A stretch of 64,000 nt of DNA from the human T2T-CHM13v2.0 reference genome, Homo sapiens: the NCBI RefSeq assembly GCF_009914755.1, contig NC_060926.1; one strand, written 5' to 3'. A program made the translations under genes and the position numbers. Shown here piece by piece: positions 53,760 to 64,000 of the stretch; within the stretch, counting starts at the first letter, position 1, and the number at the start of each line of letters is the position of its first letter. A model generated the notes under the pieces. That model searched no databases. It was not told the DNA's origin and saw only the letters and a program-made list of their open reading frames with translations.

Positions 53760-55401
53760 TTCCCCCCAACTTTACTGAGGTATAGTTGACAGTTAAACAT
53801 TGCATATATTTAAGTTGTACAACTTGATGATTTGGTATATGTAAACATTGTGAAATACCACAAGCTAATTAACATATCAATTACCTCACACAGTTACCTT
53901 TGTGTGTGTGTGTGTGTACGTGTGTGTGTGTGTATGTATGGTGAGAACACTTAAGATCTACCCTTTCAGCAGAGAGGGTAGTATACAACATGATATTGTT
54001 AAATATAGTCACCTTGCTATACAATAGCTCCCCTGAACTTATTCCTCCTGTATAAACAAAAGATTTGTATCCTTTGACCAATACCTCCCCAGTCCTCATA
54101 CTCCCAGCCCCTGGTAATCACCATTCTGCCATTCTGTTTCTATGAGTTTGACATTTTTAGATTCTACATATAAGTGAAATCAAACAATATTTTTCTTTCC
54201 GTGTCTGGCTTATTTCACTTATCATAAAGTCCTCTAAGTTTATCTGTGTTGTTCCAAATGACAGGATTTCCTTCCTTTTTAAAGGCTGAATAGTGTTCCA
54301 GCATGTGTGTGTGTGATATCTATCTATCTCATATTTTATTTATCCTGTCATCCATCAATAGACAATTAGGTTGTTTCCATGTCTTGGCTATTGTGAATAA
54401 TGACGAAATGAACATGAGAGTGCAGGTATTCCTTCAAGATACTAATTTCGTATCTTTTGGATGCATACCCAGGAGTGAGATTGCTGGATCCTAAGGTAGT
54501 CCTATTTTTATTTTTTGGATGAAGCTCCACAATGTTTTCTATAATGGCTGTACCCACCTTGATATCCCCACCAACAGCATACCAGGGTTCTCATTTCTAC
54601 ACATCTTAACACTTATTTTTTCCTCTTTGATAATAGCCATTCTAACAGGTGTGAGGTAATATCCCACTGTTTTTGCTTTGCATTTTCCTGGTGATTAGTG
54701 AAGCTGAGCACACCTTTCCATATACCTGTTGGCCATTTGTATTTTTCTTTTCTTTTCTTTCTTACAAGATGGAGTCTGTGTTTCCCAGGCTAGACTTGAA
54801 CTCCTGGGCTCAAGTGATTCTCCCACCTCGACCTCCCGAGTAGCTGGGACTACAGGTGAGTTCCACCGTGCCTGGCTCCTACTGGCCATTTGTATATCTT
54901 CTTTTGAGAAATGTCTATTCAGGTCCTTTGTTCATTTCAAAATTCGGGTTTTTTTTTTTTGGCTACTGAGGTACATGGGTTCTTTATATATTTTGAATAT
55001 TAGCCCCTTATCAGACACAAGGTTTGAAAATATTTTCCCCCCATTCCATAGGTTGTTTTTTCATTCTGTTGATTGTTTCCTTGGCTGTGTGGAAGCTTTT
55101 TAGTTGGATGCCATCCCATTTGTCTATTTTTGCTTTTCTTTCTTGTGCTTTTCATGTCATACACAAAAAAATCATTGCCTAGACCAATGACAAATACCTT
55201 TTTTCCTATGTTTTCTTCTAGTAGTTTTACAACTTCCAGTCTTATGTCTAAGTTTTTAATCCATTTTGAGTTGACTTTTGTAGATGGTGTGAGATAAGGG
55301 TCAAATTTCATTCTTCTGCATGTGGATATCCAATTTTCCCAATGCTATTTATTAAAGACATTATCCTTTCCCCATTGTGTGTTGTTGGCACTTTTGTCAA
55401 G
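53760..55401 (-). mobile_element. 5'-truncated L1MA-like element (3'UTR and ORF2 end) with an Alu fragment at ~54745-54876
   Basis: Reverse L1 3' end; ORF 55000-55311 (MKFDPYLTPSTKVNSKWIKNL...) is L1 ORF2-like; TSD AGGATGAATT at 53746-53755 and 55403-55412. Confidence 0.85.
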
Positions 55402-55740
55402 GAGGATGAATTTCTGAAGTCTCCATTTGTATGTGAGAACTTGGATTTAATAGTAGAGCCACTATAAATTATAGGGGAACAAAGGACTATTCAATAAATA
55501 TGCTGAAACCATATCTATGGAGATCTATGGAGAAAAAGTTGAATTCCTACCTCAGAGCACACATAAAATAAATCCCATATGGATTAAAGCCCAAGTGTGG
55601 AAAAGAGTATAGAACTTTAAAAAGAAACACACAGAAGAATATTTTTATGAAGTAGAGATGGATTTGTCAAAGAAAGAAAAAAATTCCCATGAACCCCAGA
55701 GGAATACTTGACAATATTAAAAATTAAAACTTGTCAAATA

Positions 55741-56030
55741 GGCCAGGTGCAGTGGCTCATGTCTGTAATCCCAGCACCTTGGGAGGCCGAGGTGGGCAGA
55801 TCACCTAAGGTCAGGAATTTGAGACCAGTCTGGTCAACATGGCGAAACCCTGTCTCTACTAAAAATACAAAATTAGCTGGGCATTGTGGTGCATGCCTAT
55901 AGTCCCAGCTACTCAGGAGGCTGAGGCAGGCTTGAACCTGGGAGGCGGAGGTTGCAATGAGCCGAGATCGCGCCATTGTATTCCAGCCTGGACAACAAGA
56001 GCAAAACACCATCTCGAAAAAAACCCAGAA
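55741..56030 (+). mobile_element. Alu (S-like)
   Basis: TSD AAACTTGTCAAATA. Confidence 0.9.
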
Positions 56031-56881
56031 AAACCCCGAAACTTGTCAAATAATAAAAGATATCATAACCGAAGTAAAAAGACAAGGCACAGACCGAGTG
56101 AAGATGTTTGCTATGCACATAACTGGGAAGTGATTATTACCCAGGATATATGTAGACTTACAAGCCAAAAAGTAAAAGATGACCCCTAGAAAATTAACAA
56201 TGGATATGAATGGGTGATTCATAGAGAAAGAACCTGTATATTTATAAACCTATGAACACACGTTCAAGTGATAATCAGAGAAAGAAATGCCCCTTTAAGT
56301 AATGAGATAATATTTTATAATCATCGTGCTGAAAAAAACATCAAGTCTGATACACCAAGGGCTGGGGAGGATGTGGGAAAATGAGAACTCTTACACATTG
56401 CTGGTAGGATTGTAAATTATTTCAACCTTTTTTGGAGAATAAACTATTGCTATCTAGGGGAGTTGAACATGTACCTTATAACCCAGGAATTCCACTCTCA
56501 TCTATATCCTAGAGAAACTCTCACACTAGTGCACAAGTAATAGCAAATGACAGTTTCTTTGTAGGGGAAAAAGTGGAAGTAACCTAAAATGCCCTTCAGT
56601 AGGTCCATGCTATGATTTTCTATGGTACTTTCTCTTGTTTGAAGCATTTTATCCCCTCTGTCTCCCCCACTCTCCCTCTTCCTTTCCCTCTCTCTCTCTC
56701 CCTCTCTGTCTGGATCTGGCAGGGTGGTAGGGTGGTGGGCAGGCCCCAGGGCTGGGATCAATGTAGGAGAGAAGCTGGAGAAGCAGAGTAGGGAAAACAC
56801 AGCTACAAGGAATGTGCAGAGAAGCCTCTGCAGCTGCTCCTGAAAGTGGGAGGAAATGAGGCCACCGGCAGGTCAGGACAA

Positions 56882-57235
56882 AATTTTTTTAAACAAGAGC
56901 TTTATTGAATATCATTTATATATCATATTAATTTACTCATTTAAAATGTACTATTGTACATTTGGGAGGCTGAGGCAGGAGGATCACTTGAGCACAGGAG
57001 CTCAAGATCCGACTGGGCAACATAGGGAGGCCCTGTCTCTACAAAAAATTCCACAACCTGTGGTTCCAGCTACTTGGGAGAGTGAGGTGGGAGCACTGCT
57101 TGAGCTGGGATGTCAAGGCTGCAGTGAGCCACGATTGCACCACTGCACTCCAGCCTGGGCAACAGAGTGAGACCCTGTCTCAAAAAATACAAACTGTACC
57201 ATTCACAGAGTTATGCAACCAGAACCACAACCAAC
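56882..57235. mobile_element. L1M 3'-end fragment (minus) split by an AluJ-like element (+, ~56960-57190)
   Basis: gctttattgaatatcattt...aatttactcatttaaaatgtac, resuming as attcacagagttatgcaacc. Confidence 0.7.
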
Positions 57236-57253
57236 CAGTGGGGGTGAGGATGA

Positions 57254-57910
<657 letters not shown>

Positions 57911-59984
57911 ATGCAAGTCTCTTTGCCTTAAGTCTCTTTGAAGACAGAAATGATCATGACAAACAAGGGCAGAAAAAAGAAAAAGAGAAAGAAAGGAGAA
58001 AAGCAGTTCCCAGATGAAGAAAAAAGGGAAAAACAAAGAAGAGCAAAGGATTACAAGCAGCAGCAAGACCAACACTTTATGGAGAATAAAACAGGATGCT
58101 TCTGGGGCCAGGCTCCTATAAGTTTGGAATTTCTACCTCTGAACTTTCCTGAAAGCTCTTTAGTTAGGACAATAGACATACCTTCCAGAAGTTCTGAATC
58201 AATAGATGAGGCAATTGCAGAGAAAGGACGCAGGAGCTTTCTTTTCACTTCCTGTGACTCCTGACTACTCTGTAATTATTAAATATTAGTGATTTTAGTA
58301 CTTAAAAGAGGAGACCTAGAATAATGGCTACCAGTCCATAGGGAGACTAAAAGATATGAAGTGTCATGCTTTATAACAAACAAAGATCATTTATTATAAA
58401 GTTGCAAAGAGGCTATCACACTCAGGGGTGCAGACTCTTAGCTTGGAGCAAACTCAGAGCCTGAGTCAGAGCATAGATTTCATGACAGACTAAAAAAGAC
58501 TGCAGAGCAGAATGCTGAATCACACACCTTACAGAGATGGGGAGAACCATGGCTGCCACCCTAGGGAGAAAGAAAACCCTGTAGTCACTGATGCCAAATA
58601 CTTCAAAATTCCCATTGAAGAAAATAAAAAGAAGTCAGAGACTTGCGCTAAGATAATTGTAAAGCAATAATTTAGAAAGAGAACAGAGGCAGACTAGCCC
58701 TGTTAAAAATAGTTAAAGGACCTGGAGGAAAGCTGACCAGCTGGCTTGTTATAGTTGGGGGAGTCTGAAAGAAGGCCAGATGGCCAGCAACATGGAGACT
58801 TCTCCATTCTGAAGATCCTGTGGTAGAAGAACCCACCCTCTGTCCTGTAAGACTGGGGATAACAACTCAATGGCTTCAGTCTGGAGTGACTGTCTTGTGG
58901 AGGTTCCAAGAAGGCCAAAGGAATCATGTTATTCCAGTGTTATGTTTGCATCACAGACCCTAAAGTTCTTTCACAGTATGCAATGACTCCACATTTGTGA
59001 CTATTAGTAAGGATGATTCAAATTTAAGTGACTGAACTTATGGGGAGGACGCTGAGCTTCCCAGTAGTTGCAGCATCCATATTTTGTTTTGGTCTTTATT
59101 TTTGTTGTTATATGCCAAGATTACCCATATATTATGGCAGGTAGTTTACTGGATATTCTCATGAAAGGAGGACATACTAGAATCCTGCAAGAGCTGGAAA
59201 TGCTATCACCCGAAGGTGAAGGTCACAATAGGATGCTTGACACAGCAAAACACATGGAGGCTACAGAAATACAGCAGGCCAACTGCTGTCTAACAACCAG
59301 AATGGGTTCATAGCACTCAAAACAGTAACAACTTTGGTGCTCTGGCTGAAGTTTTTTACTCTGACAAGTTCTAAAAAAACTCACCGAAAGACCAAATTGT
59401 TCAAGGACTTCCAAGAACCTAGAATAAGCATCTGAGGACCAGGTCTCATCTCTGCATGAGATGTCTCCTGTGACCCTTTTACCGAGAGATGCATCTTGAA
59501 GAGCAAGGCTTATGACCTTAAAGAATTTGTGCAAATAACTCCAGCATCACAAGCATGTATAGAGGTAGAAAAACAATGGGGATTTTCATTCCTTCCCCCA
59601 TCATAGAAAACAACAGAAGATTTAACAGAAGAGTTTGAAGAACTTAAGACTGATCTTGCTGATTGTTGACTGTGGACCTGATTGAATAGAAACTATCTGT
59701 ATTTAATGATATATAATATACCTTTATTTTTCATTCTTAACTTGGAAATGCTTTTCAAGGGACTATTATACATTGGCATTACATTAGATATTACACATTA
59801 ATAAACTTTTAATTAGTCAAATTTAGAAGAATCAGTGTTCCAGACACTGGAAATGTGTCAAGTAATAAAGCTGAACCTTGAACTGGAGAAAAAAAGGAAA
59901 TATGACCCCTAGATGTTATCTACACTAGGCATCTGTTGATATGATCAATATTCTTTACCCTCTTCCTTTCTGGTAACAGCGTTA

Positions 59985-60597
59985 GCCCATCTCCTTTGTG
60001 GAGTTGAACAACCCCCATTCTACGTGGTAGGAAGAGCACCCTGGCCAAAGGCATAGAGCTAGCTTGGCCAATCAGGATACTCCATCCATTTGTCCACAGT
60101 GATTGGTCCAGGGGTGGGCATATGATCTAAACAGGGCCGACTGTTGGAGATCAGAATCGTTAGGGGTTCCATCCATAGTAAGAGCACACATTCCCTGGAG
60201 AAATGTCAGGTGTGGAAGATTGTCAAATTTGGTATAGTCAGCTGTGGACTAATTAGGGCTCTTTGAATTACAAGTGTCAGATGTTCAACTCAAAACCAAT
60301 CTTTCCCTGGATTTCACACACACATGCTGGAAGAGAGAAGCTCTGTCTTTCCTCTGGGGTTACTTGCTACATAGAGGAAGTCATCCATCAAAGAGAGAAT
60401 GAGACCAATCTACAGAGAGAAGCAGGACTGAGGGAAGGAGTTAGAGAGCCCTAATGACTTTGAGTCTTTGGAGCCAATCATGCTCAAGGCGAACTCCAAC
60501 CCTGCCACAAAGAGCTAATGAATCCCCTTTTTTTCATTAATATTAGTTTTGAGTTGAGCATCTGACACTTGTAATCCAAAGAGCCCTTATTAGTCCA
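59985..60597 (+). mobile_element. Old ERVL LTR (LTR16-like) interrupted at 60140-60300
   Basis: ggccaatcagg...gtgattggtccaggggtgggcatatga and terminal ttgagttgagcatctgacacttgtaatccaaagagccc. Confidence 0.55.
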
Positions 60598-60702
60598 CAG
60601 CTGACTATACCAACTTTGACTATCTTCCACACCTGACACTTCTCCAGGGAATGTGTGATCTTACTATGGATGGAACCCCTAATGATTCTGATCTCCAACA
60701 GT
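60140..60702. repeat. Inverted repeat: 161-bp arms (60140-60300, 60542-60702), 241-bp spacer
   Basis: Manual alignment of the left arm to the reverse complement of the right arm gives 9 mismatches and no gaps. Confidence 0.95.
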
Positions 60703-60739
60703 GTACTCACACAATGTTACTACAGTGACCACCAAAGTA

Positions 60740-60990
60740 AGAATAGCTAACATCTTCCAATCAAAATCTTATCAAAAGCACTGTGCTAAGTGCTTTGTAT
60801 GCATTGTTTCCTTTACTCACCACAAAAGCCCTACACAGCATTATTTATTTCCACTTCCCTACTTTTAATTTGAAGAACCTAAGGTTTGGAGAACTTGAGA
60901 AATTGTTCATGGTTCCACCACCAGTAGGTGTTGGAGAGAATGTTTAAAGCCAGGCAGTCTGACTCTCTGGAACATGTGCCGTTGACCTTA
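60740..60990. mobile_element. MIR
   Basis: aatagctaacat...gcactgtgctaagtgcttt...ccaggcagtctgactc. Confidence 0.7.
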
Positions 60991-62399
60991 CATTGTTATT
61001 ACTTCCTTCCTAGACTTAACCTCTCAAGAACAGCACAGCCAAGAAGGGTCAATCTGAATTCCAAGGTGCTATTTATCTACTAGTTGGGCAGCCAGTATTA
61101 TGAGATAGTGAATGATGCTGAGGGCACATTTTGCACTAGGATTATAGAGCGAACCCTTTCAACAATGCAAAAAGATAGAAATGAGTGTTCTAATTTAACT
61201 TTCTAGATTAAGAAACTGGGATGGTTAAGTGACATGCTCATGGTTACGCTGCCCCAAGTGCTAAAGTTGGGAAAGGCTCCCGGAAATGTGTGACTTCATC
61301 CCCAAGAGGACTGAAAAGAAAGTGTTCTGACCTTGAAAGGTATACAGAAATCAAAGGATTCAGGTCGATGGGGTGAAAGGTTTGTTTTAGTAAAAAATGT
61401 CTTATCCTTGTTTGATCGGTTATTTTATTCTAGGGAGGAGGCCTTGTCTAGTTTTCCTTTTTATGGAAAGGTCAGCCGGTGGGTCAGGAAGCTGGGGAAT
61501 GTGTGCCTTGTCATGAATTCAGGCTTCCTGATTCATGGGGTGAAATTTCGCTTTCTTATTGCCTCTCGGAGAAGGATGAGCTCATTGGTGGTGACAAGAG
61601 CAGCCTTCTGTCCTTCCTGCTCCAAATGCTGAAAGAAGTGGGATGTGAGCTCTCAAATGTCACAGAAGCCTACAAAACGCTGACTCCCGGATGCCAGGCA
61701 TAACTGGGGTTGGCTCAGAACATGGGGACAGGGCAATACCATCATCTGCTAAGAATTCATTGTTCTGTAGCTTGCCCTGGACACAATGGCAAGACTGAGA
61801 CAGGAGGAATAGATGTGGGGCGGGGTGGGGGCAGACAAACTGGGTGTGTCTTTGCAAACATAGCCTTTTTGGGGGTGGGGAGAGATAGGATCAATCAAGA
61901 GGCAGACTGTATGTGGGTTTAGGGCACCAAGAAACAGGGACATGAAAAATCCTGACAAAACAAGGCAAAGCATAACAAAACAAATGCCCAAACAAAGAAA
62001 GGGAGGGGGAGCATTTGTTTGGAAAGGTTTTGACATTTACTGCTTTAAAAAAAGCATTGAAACAGTCATAGGAAAATTCATAACTTTGTTTAGTATTTTG
62101 AATCACAAAGGGTGGGTGATTCAAATGACTTTGTAGAGACAAGGTGCTATTTAGATGAGAAGTTCTCTGGATTGGATGGTCCCAGACTCTCCTGTGGGCA
62201 GAAGGGCAGCTGACAGCCTGATTGGGTATACTTTGAGTGACGCTGAGCAGACCCCGACTCCAAAAAACACTGGAAGGAAGAGTTCCAGAGTTAGGAATTG
62301 AGGTGGGATTGGAGGTTATTTTATTTACTTCTTTGTTCTTTGCATGTTTTCCAAATTTTGTGTGTATGTGTGTATACACACACACACATACACACATGT

Positions 62400-62691
62400 T
62401 TTTTGAGACAGGATCTTGCTCTGTTACCCAGGCTAGAGTGCAGTGGCACAATCACTACTCACTGCAGCCTTGACTTCCTGGGCTCAAGCAATCCTTTTCC
62501 TACCTCAGCCTCCTGAGTAGCTGGGACTGCAGGTATGTGCTATCACACCTGGCTAATTTTTTATTTTACATAGAGACTGGGTCTTGCTTATTTTACATAG
62601 AGGCTGGTCTTGAACTCCTGGGGTCAAGCAATCTTCCCGCTTCAGCATCCCAAAGTGCTGGGATCACAGGCATGAGCCACTATACCTGGCC
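62400..62691 (-). mobile_element. Alu (J-like)
   Basis: Reverse Alu preceded by (TG)n/(CA)n. Confidence 0.88.
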
Positions 62692-62929
62692 TTGCACACA
62701 TATTTTTAAAACCTTAATTGTATTAATGTAAAATTATACAATTAACATGTTATTACAGTCCTTTTATACAAAATTACTATTCCATGGTAAGAGTAAACTG
62801 TCCCCCTGACCATCACTTCTTTCCTATATATTCACATTCATATATAGAAACACATGAATGAGAATCAGATTGCTTTGTGTGAATGGCTTAAAAAAAACCC
62901 AGAAATGACATTGGACTGTACATTTCTTT

Positions 62930-63543
62930 TTTATTTTATTTTTTTTATTATATACTTTAAGTTTTAGGGTACATGTGCACAATGTGCAGGTTAGTTACAT
63001 ATGTATACATGTGACATGCTGGTGCGCTGCACCCACTAACTCGTCATCTAGCATTAGGTATATCTCCCAATGCTATCCCTCCCCCCTCCCCCCACCCCAT
63101 AACAGTCCCCAGAGTGTGATGTTCCCCTTCCTGTGTCCATGTGTTCTCATTGTTCAATTCCCATCTATGAGTGAGAATATGCAGTGTTTGGTTTTTTGTT
63201 CTTGTGATAGTTTACTGAGAATGATGATTTCCAATTTCATCCATGTCCCTACAAAGGACATGAACTTATCATTTTTTATGGCTGCATAGTATTCCATGGT
63301 ATATATGTGCCACATTTTCTTAATCCAGTCTATCATTGTTGGACATTTGGGTTGGTTCCAAGTCTTTGCTATTGTGAACAGTGCCGCAATAAACATACGT
63401 GTGCATGTGTCTTTATAGCAGCATGATTTATAGTCCTTTGGGTATATACCCAGTGATGGGATGGATGGGTCAAATGGTATTTCTAGTTCTAGATCCCTGA
63501 GGAATCACCACACCGACTTCCACAATGGTTGAACTAGTTTACA
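62930..63543 (-). mobile_element. 5'-truncated young L1 (L1PA2-like), ORF2 C-terminus plus 3'UTR
   Basis: ORF 63154-63396 (MFIAALFTIAKTWNQPKCP...) is the L1 ORF2 C-terminus; 18-bp TSD TGGACTGTACATTTCTTT (62912-62929, 63544-63561); GAG rather than ACA/ACG at the 3'UTR diagnostic site. Confidence 0.92.
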
Positions 63544-63561
63544 TGGACTGTACATTTCTTT

Positions 63562-64000
63562 CTGCAACTTGCATTTTCACTCAACAGGTCTTGTTGGGTG
63601 TTATGACAATTTGATCTACTTCATTCTTTTAACTATAGCATACTAGTCCATAGGGTGGCTTAAGCATTGAAGTAGTTATGGAGAAATTCAGAACTATATT
63701 TATGGCTATTCCTTTTCTCATGGACATTTAGATTATTTCTAATTTTAACCTATTGCATATAATGCTTCAGTGAACACCCTCGAAGGTAACTCCTTGGTCA
63801 CATGTGCAAGGGTTTCCCCAGGGCAGGTATGGAGGAACCACTGGGTTCTAAGACTTTAATCTTCAATAGATACCATCAATTTGCCTTCCAGAGGGGCTGT
63901 AATAATTGATATTCCCAATTGCATTACTAAAGTGTTTCCCATAACTTTGTCAACAGTGAATGAAAAGGAAAAAAATTACCAATCTGCTGAATAAAAAGTG
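63562..64000 (-). mobile_element. Old L1M(E) fragment hosting the L1PA insertion
   Basis: tggacatttagattatttc...aatgcttcagtgaacaccc...ttgccttccagaggggctgt is L1M-like. Confidence 0.6.

Larger units (their letters stand above)
52460..56610 (+). mobile_element. Old L1ME fragments hosting MLT2, L1MA and Alu insertions
   Basis: L1 3'UTR and ORF2-like phrases (aaatgcccaccaatggtagaatggataaa, ctattcaataaat, acccaggaattccactc). Confidence 0.65.

Noticed and set aside
57938-59313. Residual ORFs (108 and 81 aa) in the BRD7 retrocopy as a functional retrogene
   Set aside because: Frameshifts and stops run through the bromodomain region and the start codon has decayed.

Overview
Primate genomic DNA, almost certainly human chr2p13.3, recognised from the encoded protein and from Alu/L1PA content. 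The first ~6 kb hold the complete coding sequence of FAM136A on the minus strand: 3 exons, 138 aa, four CX3C motifs, plus an in-frame alternative exon-1 donor giving 245 aa. Its CpG-island promoter is included and the 3' UTR runs off the window start. The remaining ~58 kb are intergenic and very repeat-rich, with dozens of Alus (several nested), L1, L2, MIR, ERV1/ERVL/MaLR LTRs and hAT/Tigger fossils. Nearly all ORFs in the supplied track are Alu/L1 artefacts. Less obvious structures found by reading the sequence: (1) an old ~265-bp mitochondrial ND5 fragment (NUMT) inside a MER47A/Tigger element at ~50.9-51.2 kb; (2) a 161-bp, ~94% identical non-Alu inverted duplication at 60.1-60.7 kb; (3) a near-full-length degenerate BRD7 processed pseudogene split by a ~1-kb stack of repeats; (4) an old local duplication between 35.4 and 40.0 kb; (5) an out-of-frame uORF overlapping the FAM136A start codon. 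I found no evidence for a wholly new multi-gene system. Repeat subfamily names and protein comparisons come from memory and need RepeatMasker/BLAST confirmation. Repeat boundaries are approximate.
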